Source: Chloroflexota bacterium (GTDB taxonomy: Bacteria; Chloroflexota; Dehalococcoidia; Lucifugimonadales; UBA3495). Taken from it: a stretch of DNA of 64,000 nt. The position numbers were made by a program, and so were the translations under genes. Below, one piece after another: positions 19,870 to 29,958 of the stretch (the stretch's first letter is position 1; the number at the start of each line of letters is the position of its first letter). The DNA lies in contig JAPPLU010000090.1 in the NCBI GenBank assembly GCA_028874075.1, positions 29,675 through 93,674 on the forward strand. Direction: 5' to 3'. The notes under the pieces are model-generated. The model saw only the letters and a program-made list of their open reading frames with translations. It had not been told where the DNA came from and ran no database searches.

Positions 19870-20784
19870 CTAAACCATGAATACTGGGGACTCGTCCAGG
19901 TTTATGCGAGTCTCTTCCGAGATGCCGGTGCGGAGAAATTTGGGGAGGCTAAACATACTCTGGTGGGTCTCACCATCGTAAAACGCCAGCTCCCGACCGG
20001 TTCGCTCCACCAGCAGCCGGTCAACTTCCTCTTCACCAAGGATTGACAGCGGCGAATCGGAGGCAATGTTGAACCCCCAAAGGGTCTGGAAGGCAGGTAC
20101 GTGAACCTGGCACGGCACACAGTGGGCAAAGGTAGAAGAAAGGGTACGATTAATAGTGGTAAAGCACTCCTGATGACTCAGCAACCCTGCTGGCCCGGAT
20201 TGTGTAACAAGGATGCCACCGGGATTAAGCCTGGCCTTGGCGATCTCATAATACTGCCTGGTGTACAGCAGATAGGCCGGACCGCCCTCCATAGGGTCAA
20301 CCAGGTCCATAATCATCACGTCAAAGGTCTCGTCCGTCTCCGCCAAATAGGCCCTGGCATCCCGGTGCATCAATTGCACTCGAGGGTCGTCAAAACCGCC
20401 CTGGTGGTGGCGTGGCAGATATTGGCGGCAGAGTTCAACAACCTCCTTGTCCAGGTCAATCATAATCGCCCGTTCTACCGTTTTGTGGGTTAGCGCCTCG
20501 CGCAAGGTACCACCTTCGCCGCCCCCGCCGATGAAAACGGTAGCGGGATTGGGGTGGAAGAGCATTGCGGGGTGAACCAGACTCTGGTGGTAGATATGCT
20601 CATCCCGTTCCGTGGACTGGGTCTTGCCGTCCAGGACCAGGCTGCGACCGTATAGGTCAGACTCCAGCACTTCCACGTGCTGATATTCGGTTCTTCCCGA
20701 AAAAAGAACCTGCTGAACCCTTAACATTACGGCCAGATCGGGGTAAACCGTTTCGATGAGCCACTTGCCGGTAAGTTCTTCCAT
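19870..20784 (-). CDS. speE: Polyamine aminopropyltransferase
   Basis: LVLDGKTQSTERDEHIYH, IGGGEGG and DVMIMDLVDP motifs. Confidence 0.93.
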   Translation of the reverse strand: MEELTGKWLIETVYPDLAVMLRVQQVLFSGRTEYQHVEVLESDLYGRSLVLDGKTQSTERDEHIYHQSLVHPAMLFHPNPATVFIGGGGEGGTLREALTHKTVERAIMIDLDKEVVELCRQYLPRHHQGGFDDPRVQLMHRDARAYLAETDETFDVMIMDLVDPMEGGPAYLLYTRQYYEIAKARLNPGGILVTQSGPAGLLSHQECFTTINRTLSSTFAHCVPCQVHVPAFQTLWGFNIASDSPLSILGEEEVDRLLVERTGRELAFYDGETHQSMFSLPKFLRTGISEETRINLDESPVFMV

Positions 20785-20802
20785 CTGAAAGGGGAGGTTC
20801 CT

Positions 20803-21174
20803 TTATGCCTGCACGCCAACCGGCAAAGAGAGCAGCCCACGCCTTACTTCGGTGATCTCCGGGGATCTGGACTCAAACAGTTCGATCATGATCTGCGCGG
20901 CATCCCGGGGCTCAAAAGTGGAACCGCACGTGAAGATATCGGCGGCGGCGTAGTTGTATTCCGGCCAGGTGTGGATCGATATGTGGGACTCGGCGATAGA
21001 TAATATGCCGGTGACCCCTTGTGGACTGAACTGATGGAATGACTCGCCGATTACGTGGGCACCCACGCCTTCGGCGGCTCCATACAGTACACTGCGGACA
21101 TGGTCCAGGTCGTCAAGAAGCTGGGGATTACTCTCCTTGAGCTCCAACAAAAGGTGCAGACCTAGTACATTCAA
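20803..21174 (-). CDS. speD: S-adenosylmethionine decarboxylase proenzyme (class 1B)
   Basis: FSPQGVTG..IAESHISIHTWPE..AAADIFTCG; ES pyruvoyl cleavage site. Confidence 0.93.
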   Translation of the reverse strand: MNVLGLHLLLELKESNPQLLDDLDHVRSVLYGAAEGVGAHVIGESFHQFSPQGVTGILSIAESHISIHTWPEYNYAAADIFTCGSTFEPRDAAQIMIELFESRSPEITEVRRGLLSLPVGVQA

Positions 21175-21413
21175 TCACCTGCCCTCCTCTTCACTGTCGG
21201 GGGCTTTCCCCCTGAATTATGGGAAACGATTCTAGATTTTATATTTAATTTCATTGGCAATCAATACCCTGCTGCATCCATTTCCCAAGTCAAGCCTGGT
21301 CGTTACCCCTGGCCGGCCGTCCTATTACCATGGGAGGCGGGGCAACTCTTCGTCCAGGAGTGTGCCTTACCCCTTTGTACGGGGTCGTTCGATTACTGAT
21401 GGGGAATCCTGGC

Positions 21414-21479
21414 AGCCGCCGGTGGTGAGCTTGTCGAACCATCACCGTTGGCTTTTCGACAGGCTGAAGGCGAGTGGCA
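21414..21479. repeat. REP-like palindrome (GTGGTGAGCTTGTCGAACC...TTCGACAGGCT type)
   Basis: Inverted arms AGCTTGTCGAA at 21428-21438 and TTCGACAGGCT at 21455-21465, in intergenic DNA. Confidence 0.6.
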
Positions 21480-21846
21480 GAATTGCCATCCACATTATAG
21501 AAGGACACTATCATGGAAGGGCCCAGACCACCGAAGCAGGAGGTTGCCTCTCCAGTTCGTATTGATTCAATCTGTCCAGCGGAATTACCGAAGATGGGAA
21601 GATTCCGATTCCGCAACCGGGCAGTCGCATTTTGACTACGGCATGAGGGGCGCAATTGTCGTTTAAGGGAAACGCTGCCGTCTCCAATCTGGAGGTTCCC
21701 ACCGGCACAGGAACGACGAACAGGGTAGCGGGGATCCGATGCTAGCAATTTGACTTGAGCACCTAACCGCCACCTGAAAACTCTGAACCACTGAGCAGGC
21801 AAATGGTTTCCTGCCTGCCCTGGGGACATCTTTTTACTGCAATTTC

Positions 21847-22159
21847 AGGATAATTTTTTGTATCCGTGCCATTTTGGGCCATTTCGGGCTGTTTCGTATC
21901 TGCGACACAGGTCAGAGTGGACCACTGTGGCCGGAGAATGGGCCGCTCCCCAGATAGGAACGGGGTTGGACAGGTGGGCCATTCCGGGCCGTTTTGGGCC
22001 GTTTTGGGCCATTGGCTAAACCAAAGGCGATGAGAGGACCTCACTCCGGCACTCTTCCATGGGTAGAGAGGAGACTCACGTTTGACGGTGCTATGGAGGG
22101 AATGTGCCATGGAAGTATGGTAGAGAAGCGATAACCAAGGAATCAAGAGGCAGGTGTCA
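21847..22159 (-). repeat. ~320-bp dispersed repeat, copy A (4 x 10-bp units at 21974-22013)
   Basis: Reverse complement aligns with 29959-30283: TGACACCTGCCTCTtGATTCC...CTACCATACTTcCATGGC head, AA(C/T)GGCCC array, TTCCTATCTGG, CAGATACGAA and AATGGCAC..AAATTATCCT tail. Confidence 0.85.
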
Positions 22160-22391
22160 GCATGAAAATGGCATTTTGAATCCGCCAAAGGGGGCGCAGA
22201 TGTGGCCCAAAGGATAACTCCTCAGCCTCCAGGTTCGAGGAACCGGTCGGCGAGAGAACGACGGACTTTCCAGAATCATGGCGCGTTTGCCCTGGTATCC
22301 GAAACCGACTAATATCGTCTGCCTCGAAACCCGATGTTCGATGACATTTGCTCATTGACTATCAACCTTGCCGCCGATACAATCGCCGCAT

Positions 22392-23090
22392 ATGGCTCGC
22401 ATATTTGACCTCCACATCCATACCACCAAGGGCAGTGCCGACAGTAACCTTTCTCCTGAGGACCTGATTCTCGAGGCTGAGCGGCTAGGTCTGAGGGGAC
22501 TTTGCATCACCGAGCATAGCGGCCCCTGGGACCGGCATGAGTTTGAGCGGTTTGCCAGTCGCCATAACGTGGTGCTCGTCAGGGCCATGGAAGCCGATAC
22601 AGACATGGGCCACATGCTGGCCTTCGGAATGGACAGCTACCAGTCAGGCTTTCACAAGGCGGAAATTCTCTGCAAGGCAGCACGCGCCCAGGGTGGGTTC
22701 GTGGTTAGCGCCCATCCCTTCCGCGGAGTGCTGGGCAAGCATATGCGGGAGCGGCCCTATCTCTACCGTTCCCTGCCCGATGAGCCGATGCCCACTATTC
22801 CGGATCAAGCCTTGGAGCACCCCGTATTCAAGCTTGCCAACGCTATCGAGGTCGTCAACGGGGGGACTGCAGACGAGGAAAACGGCTTTGCTATGGAAGT
22901 TGCCAGCCTCCTTCGTATGCCGGTAACCGGAGGCAGCGACGCCCACTCCGTACACGGTCTGGGACGCTACGTTACCGCCTTCGCCGACGAAATAAATACC
23001 GAAGCGGAGTTCTTAACAGCCCTGCGATCCGGAAGCTACTTCCCGGCCGTGGGATTGAGGTTCGGACAACTTCGACCCTATACCGGTTGA
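22392..23090 (+). CDS. PHP-domain metallophosphoesterase
   Basis: DLHIHT, ITEH, AHPFR and GGSDAH motifs; TTGACT-17-TACAAT at 22355-22383, just upstream of ATG 22392. Confidence 0.88.
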   Translation: MARIFDLHIHTTKGSADSNLSPEDLILEAERLGLRGLCITEHSGPWDRHEFERFASRHNVVLVRAMEADTDMGHMLAFGMDSYQSGFHKAEILCKAARAQGGFVVSAHPFRGVLGKHMRERPYLYRSLPDEPMPTIPDQALEHPVFKLANAIEVVNGGTADEENGFAMEVASLLRMPVTGGSDAHSVHGLGRYVTAFADEINTEAEFLTALRSGSYFPAVGLRFGQLRPYTG

Positions 23091-23209
23091 TAACCTGCCG
23101 AGCGACGGTGTGACGGTAGAGAGACCGCCGAATTTTTCCTGTTTTACCTTAACCCTGCTGAAGTGGTCCGCTCCAAAGCAGCCAATATGTTAATTAAGAA
23201 TCCGCCAAG

Positions 23210-26089
23210 ATGACCCTGGTACAAAGCACCTCCAACTTGCCGACGCTGGAACGAACTTTCGTAGCTCTGGACCTGGAGACGACCGGCCTGGATGCCGACC
23301 GGGAGAAGATAATCCAGGTTGGAGCAGTCAAGTTTTGTGGCGACAGGGTCCTTGACCGGTTCGATACCTTCGTTAACCCGGGTCGGGCGATTCCCGACTT
23401 TATCCAGCGCCTTACGGGCATACGGCCGGACCAGGTGAGCCGTGCCCCCCACTTTTCCGCAGTCAGCCAGGGCCTGGAGGCCTTCATTGAAGACCACCCC
23501 GTCATAGGACACAACATCGCCTTTGACCTGCGTTTCCTAGAAACCCACGGGCTAAATCTAGCCAATACCCGGTACGATACCTGGGACCTGGCCTCCTTCG
23601 TGCTGCCCCGCAGCCCCGAGTACTCCCTCGGTGCCCTGGCCCGCCAGTTCGGGCTGGAACATCAACGCGCCCACCAGGCCATCGACGACGCCGACGCCAC
23701 CCGCCAGCTCTTTGTCACCCTCTTGAGAAAGGCCTCAGAAATGGACCCGGCGCTCATGGCCTACATCTGCAGCCTGGCAGACCGCAGCAATTGGGGCGTC
23801 GCCAACCTCTTGACCAATTTGGAAACAAGCTCCGACGGAAGGCAACAGGCCGTAGAATCCGCTCCAATTTTTAGTGCATCTGGCCTGGACTTCAGTCGTT
23901 TGGCCGCCCGCCTTGGGCGCCCGGAACGTCGCCGCTACGATGAGAATCTGGTGCACCTGGCCGAGGACAGGGTCGCTAGCCTTTTGAATCCCGGCGGCCC
24001 ATTCTCACAAGCCTTTCCGGGTTTTGAGCAGCGGGGCGAACAAGAGGAAATGCTGAAGTCGGTAACGGAAGCAATCTACCATGGCAAGAAGTTAATCGTG
24101 GAAGGGGGCACCGGCGTTGGCAAGTCCATGGCCTACCTGCTGCCGGCCGTGATCTTCGCCGCTTCCAGGGGTCAGAGGGTGGTCATTTCCACCAACACCA
24201 TCAGCCTCCAGGAACAGTTAATGAACAAGGACATCCCTACTGTCATCAAGATACTGGAAGGAGGCGGCCTGGTGGAGGAAGGACTGGTCAAGGCCACTCA
24301 GCTAAAGGGTCGGGCCAACTATCTTTGCCTGCGCCGGTGGAACTACCTCGCCAACAACGACAACCCGTCAGTGGATGAAACCAGGCTTCTCAGCAAGACC
24401 GCCGTCTGGATGCAGGAGACAGCAGCCGGCGACCGGGCGGAGATCAACCTTTCCGGCCGAGACGCCTTTACCTGGAACAAGGTTTCGGCGGGTGAAAAGG
24501 GAGGTTGTCCTTCCCTCCGCAACAGCAGCTCCGCCTGTTTTCTGCGCAGCGCCCGGGAGCGGGCCGAACAGGCACACATCGTCGTCGTCAATCACGCCCT
24601 CCTGCTGTCCGACCTGGTCTATGGCGGGGGAATAATTCCTGACTACCAGAACCTGATCATCGACGAGGCTCACAACCTGGAGGATGAAGCGACCAGACAG
24701 TTTGGCTTCCAATTGTCGGCCGATCTCCTGGGCGACATAGTAGACATGGTCACGCGTCTTAACCGGGAAGCTCGTCTTTCTCTCAATACCTACGAGCTTC
24801 CACCTCTCGTCAGGCAGAACGGCGAAGGGCTGGTGGCACAGATTGACGAGCTAATGCCCCGCCTGAGGCAGAACTGGAACGATATGTGGGCCGCCGCCCT
24901 CAGGTTTTACCAGGCCCAGGGTTCCGGCACCGACGATTTTCTTGTCACCGCCCGTTCTCGCAGCCAGCGTGGCTGGCAAGACCTGACAACCGCATGGGAG
25001 AACGTGGACGTGGGCCTGGGAAACCTTGCCCAATCCCTGGCGAAGCTATATTCATACCTCCAGGAGACTGAGTTTCCAGTAAATTCCGACGAAGCGGCAG
25101 CCACAGGATCCGGCGACGTTTCTTCCCTCATTTCAGAGTGCAACGCCCTGCAGGGCAATGCCGAAGAGTTGAAGGACAAGATGGCGTCCATCATAGCCAG
25201 GGATGATCCCGCCAGGATTCACTGGGTAAAGCTGGACCAAGCAAAGGGAGAGGTCAGCCTGAATTCAGCTCCATTGGAGGTTGGCCCCACGCTGCGACAG
25301 CAGCTTTTCGACGAAAAGGACAGCGTGGTCCTCACCAGCGCTACTCTCAGCGCTCACGGTACGTTCGATTACGCCCGCCGCCGTCTCAGTCTGCCGGAAG
25401 ACAGCGACGAATTGTTGGTTGGGTCCCCCTTCGACTATCGGAAGGCCGCACTGCTTATGATTCCCGAAGACATGCCTCAACCACAGACCGAAGGTTACGT
25501 GGAGGCCATGGGCCGCGCTATTCTGGACTTGGCGCTAAACCTTTCCGGCAGGACTATGGCCCTGTTCACTTCCTATTCGGCCCTGCGCAACGTTGCCAAC
25601 CGCATCCGCAACCGCCTGGAGCAGCACGGCATCGAAGTGTTGGCCCAGGGGGTGGACGGCTCTCCGGCACAGATCAGTCGCCGCTTTGTTGATAACCCCA
25701 AGGCCGTCCTGCTCGGCACAAGCAGCTTCTGGGAAGGCGTGGATTTCCCCAGCGGCGTGATGCGCGCTCTGGTTATCACCCGCCTACCCTTCCAGGTGCC
25801 CACCGACCCAGTGGTCAAGGCCCGCTCCGAGCAGTACGAAAACGCTTTTAACGACTTCTCCATACCTCAGGCAGTCTTGCGTTTTCGGCAGGGCATGGGC
25901 CGGCTGATCCGCAACAAGGGCGACAGCGGGGCCATCATCGTTTTGGACAAACGCATTACTGGTAGGAACTATGGGCAGGCTTTCCTGGACTCCATACCTT
26001 CCTGTACGCTCAAGCCCAGCAACCTGGCCAGCCTGGGCTCGCTGGCTGCCCAGTGGATAGAAGAGGCGGACCGTGGAATTGGTCGTTGA
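23210..26089 (+). CDS. dinG: DnaQ-type 3'-5' exonuclease / DinG helicase fusion
   Basis: DLETTG, GHNIAFD and HQAIDDA (DEDDh); GTGVGKS, DEAH, FWEGVD and QGMGRLIR helicase motifs. Confidence 0.93.
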   Translation: MTLVQSTSNLPTLERTFVALDLETTGLDADREKIIQVGAVKFCGDRVLDRFDTFVNPGRAIPDFIQRLTGIRPDQVSRAPHFSAVSQGLEAFIEDHPVIGHNIAFDLRFLETHGLNLANTRYDTWDLASFVLPRSPEYSLGALARQFGLEHQRAHQAIDDADATRQLFVTLLRKASEMDPALMAYICSLADRSNWGVANLLTNLETSSDGRQQAVESAPIFSASGLDFSRLAARLGRPERRRYDENLVHLAEDRVASLLNPGGPFSQAFPGFEQRGEQEEMLKSVTEAIYHGKKLIVEGGTGVGKSMAYLLPAVIFAASRGQRVVISTNTISLQEQLMNKDIPTVIKILEGGGLVEEGLVKATQLKGRANYLCLRRWNYLANNDNPSVDETRLLSKTAVWMQETAAGDRAEINLSGRDAFTWNKVSAGEKGGCPSLRNSSSACFLRSARERAEQAHIVVVNHALLLSDLVYGGGIIPDYQNLIIDEAHNLEDEATRQFGFQLSADLLGDIVDMVTRLNREARLSLNTYELPPLVRQNGEGLVAQIDELMPRLRQNWNDMWAAALRFYQAQGSGTDDFLVTARSRSQRGWQDLTTAWENVDVGLGNLAQSLAKLYSYLQETEFPVNSDEAAATGSGDVSSLISECNALQGNAEELKDKMASIIARDDPARIHWVKLDQAKGEVSLNSAPLEVGPTLRQQLFDEKDSVVLTSATLSAHGTFDYARRRLSLPEDSDELLVGSPFDYRKAALLMIPEDMPQPQTEGYVEAMGRAILDLALNLSGRTMALFTSYSALRNVANRIRNRLEQHGIEVLAQGVDGSPAQISRRFVDNPKAVLLGTSSFWEGVDFPSGVMRALVITRLPFQVPTDPVVKARSEQYENAFNDFSIPQAVLRFRQGMGRLIRNKGDSGAIIVLDKRITGRNYGQAFLDSIPSCTLKPSNLASLGSLAAQWIEEADRGIGR

Positions 26090-27014
26090 CCATCCCCTGG
26101 ATCTGGAAGCCAGCCTGATGGGTGGACAGGCCCACCGCTGGCGGATTGAGGGCACAGAGGACGATCCCTGGTTCTCCGGCGTAGTGCGAGGCAACTTCAT
26201 TCGCATGCGGCAACTGGGCCCCAATTGTGTGGAATTCCGTGCGGCCCCCTGGCCCGAAGCCTCCTGCATCCCCATTCTCCAGCACTATTTCCGGTTGGAC
26301 GACAACCTGCTCCGCATCCAGAAGGAAATCAGCCATGACTTCCGGGTGGCAGCTATGGTAGACCAATACCCCGGTCTGCGTGTCCTGCGCCAGGAACCCT
26401 GGGAATGCCTGGTAGCCTACATTTGCTCGGCCAACTCAAACATCCAGCGCATACACCAGGTGCTCGAAAACATCGCCCAAGCCTTTGGCAGTCCCATTGA
26501 TCTGGACGGCCATGTGCGCCACTCCTTTCCCACACCGGTGCAGTTGGTGGAAGCCGGCGAAATGGAGTTGCGCCGCCTGGGACTGGGTTTTCGCGCCCCC
26601 TACGTGGACCGGGCCACCAGGGAAGTGGTGGAAGGCTCCCTGGACCTGAACGCTCTCACGCGCCAGCCTTATTTTGAAGCCAAGGAACGCCTGATGCAGT
26701 GCTACGGCATTGGCAGCAAAATCGCCGACTGCATTGCGGTATTTTCCCTGGAAAAACTCGAAGCATTCCCCATCGACGTCTGGGTGCGCCGCGCACTGGG
26801 CGAGTGGTATTTCCCGGGCGATAAGCCCCCGCCTGACCGGGAACTCCTGGCCTGGGCCCAGGGCTATTTTGGCCAATACGCCGGCTACGCCCAGCAGTAC
26901 TTGTTCCACGGGCGAAGGCTGCAGAAGCGCGGCAAGGGGCAATCTACAGATGTTAGTGTAGAAGCCAGACACGAGAATATGCAGGAAGAAACCCCGCCTG
27001 GGTCCGTTGGCTGA
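26073..27014 (+). CDS. 8-oxoguanine DNA glycosylase (OGG1-like, HhH-GPD)
   Basis: GQAHRW, GLRVLRQEPWECL, GIGSKIADC, FPIDVW and AGYAQQYLF motifs. Confidence 0.9.
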   Translation: MELVVDHPLDLEASLMGGQAHRWRIEGTEDDPWFSGVVRGNFIRMRQLGPNCVEFRAAPWPEASCIPILQHYFRLDDNLLRIQKEISHDFRVAAMVDQYPGLRVLRQEPWECLVAYICSANSNIQRIHQVLENIAQAFGSPIDLDGHVRHSFPTPVQLVEAGEMELRRLGLGFRAPYVDRATREVVEGSLDLNALTRQPYFEAKERLMQCYGIGSKIADCIAVFSLEKLEAFPIDVWVRRALGEWYFPGDKPPPDRELLAWAQGYFGQYAGYAQQYLFHGRRLQKRGKGQSTDVSVEARHENMQEETPPGSVG

Positions 27015-27026
27015 CAGACCACTCCC

Positions 27027-28064
27027 CTACGGCGTTAGCAACAGCTTACCGAAAAAGTTGGCTTCCTCCATCGTCTGATGGGCAGCGGACGCCTCTGCCA
27101 GTGGGAAAACCTGGTGTATCGCCGGCCGAATAACTCCCCGGTTCAGCATCTCGACGATCTGCCGCATGTCTTCCTTGCTGCCCATGAAGGTGCCGTAAAT
27201 CTCTATCTGGCGGGTGAAGAGCAGCCCCAGGTGCAGTTCGGCTCGCAGCCCGGTGGTAGCGCCGCAAATTGTATACCGCCCCCCGGGCCGCAGTGAATTG
27301 AAGGCGCTGGTGAAGAACTCGGCGCCTACGTGATCCACCAGAACGTCAACTCCAGCGCCGCCAGTCAGCGCCTTCACCCTTTCCACAACATCCTCTTCCC
27401 GGTAGTTGATAACCTCGTCGGCGCCAAGTTCCCGGGCTTTGGCGGCCTTTTCCGCAGTGCTGGTGGTGGCGATAACCCTGGCTCCCACCACATTCTTCGC
27501 CACCTGTATGGCCGCGGTGCCCACGCCAGCCGAGGCAGAAAGTACAAGCACTGTCTCCCACGGTTGCAAGGCTGCCCGCCTCACCATCATGTTCCACACG
27601 GGAAGGAAGGTTGTTGGAACGGCGGCGGCTTCCTCATAACTCACCGAGTCGCCAATCTTGTGGGCATTTACCGCCGGGACCGTGATGAACTCGGCGTAAC
27701 TGCCGTCCGAGGCGCTGCCCATGAACCTGGAGCGAGGACAGAGATCGTCCCGCCCAGACATGCAGGCCGGGCACTGGTTGCAGCTGATTCGCGGATTCAC
27801 TACCACGCGATCTCCGGGCTGAAGGCTTCGGACTCCTTCTCCCACCTCCACCAAGTCGCCAGCGCAGTCTCCGCCCAGAATCAACGGCGGCGGAAACTCC
27901 CGACGCAGGCCACGCCCACCCTCCCGAGTGTACAAGTCAAGACGGTTCAGCGCCGAGGCACGTACCCGGATCTTCATTTCGCCCGCTCCTGCCGCCGGAT
28001 CTGGCCGCTCCCCGTAGACTAACGCTTCCGGACCGCCGTGAGCTTCAATGTAAACAGCCTTCAT
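27027..28064 (-). CDS. MDR-family zinc-binding dehydrogenase / quinone oxidoreductase
   Basis: ALNRLD, structural Zn motif CNQCPAC...C and SAGVG; GGAG RBS upstream of ATG 28064. Confidence 0.88.
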   Translation of the reverse strand: MKAVYIEAHGGPEALVYGERPDPAAGAGEMKIRVRASALNRLDLYTREGGRGLRREFPPPLILGGDCAGDLVEVGEGVRSLQPGDRVVVNPRISCNQCPACMSGRDDLCPRSRFMGSASDGSYAEFITVPAVNAHKIGDSVSYEEAAAVPTTFLPVWNMMVRRAALQPWETVLVLSASAGVGTAAIQVAKNVVGARVIATTSTAEKAAKARELGADEVINYREEDVVERVKALTGGAGVDVLVDHVGAEFFTSAFNSLRPGGRYTICGATTGLRAELHLGLLFTRQIEIYGTFMGSKEDMRQIVEMLNRGVIRPAIHQVFPLAEASAAHQTMEEANFFGKLLLTP

Positions 28065-28135
28065 CGGTCCCTCTCCTCCCTGATTCCATTTGCCGATTAT
28101 GCTTATTGGTGGGCCCGGCCCAGGGTTCCAGTTAC

Positions 28136-28348
28136 CTAAGGCCTGCGCCCCTCGTAACAGTCGTTGCAAAGGTAGACTATCGCCAGCGCCTCCTCGTGGC
28201 TGGAAATCCGGCCACAGCGGGGAATCTCACTGTCGTGACTCCACGGCTGGTGAAATTTGCCACCGCACATCTGGCACGAGGTTTGGTGGACACCATCCAG
28301 GGCATCTTCACAGATAACACATGACTCGCGTTCCAGTTCTTCCTGCAT
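28136..28348 (-). CDS. Small Cys/His-rich zinc-finger-like protein
   Basis: CVIC...CQMC...H...C...CNDC; GGAGG RBS; lies between cca and the MDR gene on the same strand. Confidence 0.7.
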   Translation of the reverse strand: MQEELERESCVICEDALDGVHQTSCQMCGGKFHQPWSHDSEIPRCGRISSHEEALAIVYLCNDCYEGRRP

Positions 28349-28393
28349 ATCGGGGCACCTCCCCCCAAAGTGTCCCTTCCTCAGTCGCCGTCC

Positions 28394-29692
28394 CTACCCG
28401 TAACTGCCACCCTCCTGGGACGTAACCAGGCTCTTCACCCACTGGCGTTCCTCTTCCTCAGAAGTGACCGTGCGGTCAATTCGCATGTCCCTCAACTGGG
28501 CCAGGATCTTTCCCAGCATCGGCCCCCTGGGGACACCCATATTCACCAGGTCGCCCCCCTTGAGTGCCGGTTTGATTTCGCCGTTTCCAGCCAGATACCT
28601 GACTAAATTTCGGGCCATTTCCGGCGAATGACAAATGGAGGACACAATCCTGACCGTATCCGTTTGGTGGGTTTCAAGCAGGTGAACCAGCGCCGACAGG
28701 GGCAGATCCGCAACCTCAAGTCGGGGTGCTAACAGCCGCAGTTCCGTGCTGCTTCGCACAACGTTTGCCCAGGCACGGGGCATATTTAACCTTCGGACCA
28801 GGGCCTCACCGTCCGCCTGGGACAGCGGATAGGCCAGCGCCGCAAGCCAGGGGCGCCATTCCTGCACCGGTTTATCTTGTTCATTTCTTCCGGTCTCGAC
28901 CCACCTCGCCACCCTTTCCCCCTGACCCAGCCCTTGCACAATTGAGGAAAGCAGTCCCAACTCTGCCGCCCGGCCCAACACCTTCTCAGGGCGCCGTTCC
29001 CTGAAAATCAATTCCATCTCGTGCCGCAGCCGGTCGCCGGTTACCGCATCGCAGCCTTTTCCATCCACTTCCGTGCCGAATTGGCTGAGGGTTTCTCCAT
29101 CAAGTGCGAAGTCCAGCCTCTGTTCATACCGGACGGCCCTGAACAAGCGGGTGGGGTCATCATTGAAGCTTCGCGGATGAATGGTTCGGACCAACCGGTT
29201 CTCCAGATCCTGCCGTCCGCCCAAAGGATCAATCAGTCCTTCTTCACCACCTTCAAGGGGCAACGCCATTGCGTTGATTGAGAAGTCCCGCCGGGCCAGG
29301 TCATCCTGTAATGACGACGGTTCAACGACGGGCAAGGCGCCGGGAATGGGATAGACTTCCTTCCTGGCGGTAACCAGGTCTATTTCGGCGCCGTTTAGTT
29401 CAACCGTGGCTGTGCCGAATCTGTTGTGGACTGTCACCCGTCCTTTCACCCGCTGCGCCAGGGCCCGCGCCAGTGAGGGGGCGTCGCCTTCAACTACAAA
29501 GTCCAGGTCTCGTATTTCCCAGCCCAGTAGCCAATCGCGCACCGGACCACCAACCAGGTATACGGGGAGAGCATGAGTCTTGGCCAGTTCCTTCAGCGCA
29601 CTGAACAAGACGAGAAGGCCACCACCGATTAGGTCTTCGATAGCAGGCTGGGTGACTGGGGTAAGACGGGGGACGTCAGCGGACGGGTTCAT
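28394..29692 (-). CDS. cca: CCA-adding tRNA nucleotidyltransferase / poly(A) polymerase family
   Basis: LVGGPVRD, DLDF, DLARRDFSINAMA and DDPTRLFRAVRY motifs; TGcTATAAT at 29702-29710 upstream of ATG 29692. Confidence 0.9.
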   Translation of the reverse strand: MNPSADVPRLTPVTQPAIEDLIGGGLLVLFSALKELAKTHALPVYLVGGPVRDWLLGWEIRDLDFVVEGDAPSLARALAQRVKGRVTVHNRFGTATVELNGAEIDLVTARKEVYPIPGALPVVEPSSLQDDLARRDFSINAMALPLEGGEEGLIDPLGGRQDLENRLVRTIHPRSFNDDPTRLFRAVRYEQRLDFALDGETLSQFGTEVDGKGCDAVTGDRLRHEMELIFRERRPEKVLGRAAELGLLSSIVQGLGQGERVARWVETGRNEQDKPVQEWRPWLAALAYPLSQADGEALVRRLNMPRAWANVVRSSTELRLLAPRLEVADLPLSALVHLLETHQTDTVRIVSSICHSPEMARNLVRYLAGNGEIKPALKGGDLVNMGVPRGPMLGKILAQLRDMRIDRTVTSEEEERQWVKSLVTSQEGGSYG

Positions 29693-29821
29693 AGCGGAAA
29701 AATTATAGCATACGGCGGCAGGTTTCCCCGTCACGGTCGAATCATAACTTGGCGCCGAGGAAACCGTTTTGGGTACGCCATGCAACAGTTCAGAGTTAGT
29801 GTGTCATCGTAACCTCCAACG

Positions 29822-29917
29822 CGCCTTTCCGGCACAGGCCCAAGTCCTGATTGGTTAAAGGTGATGCAGCCCGATAGTTACCTGGCCTTCTGGACAACGG
29901 CCTTCGACGGTATGGCG
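29822..29917. repeat. Degenerate CGTCATTCCGGC...GCCTTCGCCGGAATGACG-type REP-like element
   Basis: CGCCTTTCCGGCACAGGCC...GGACAACGGCCTTCGACGGTATGGCG, imperfect inverted ends. Confidence 0.4.
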
Positions 29918-29958
29918 GCTTGAGCCAGCAGAGCAACCACATCAACTCTCCACAGTTA

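Noticed and set aside
21763-22188. ORFs over the dispersed repeat (also 30008-30469 and 30043-30453) as firm protein genes
   Set aside because: The similarity is better explained at DNA level and the frames diverge after the array; treated as a repeat, with coding status left open.
22225-22250. GGTTCGA resembling a tRNA T-loop
   Set aside because: No cloverleaf or acceptor stem could be built around it.
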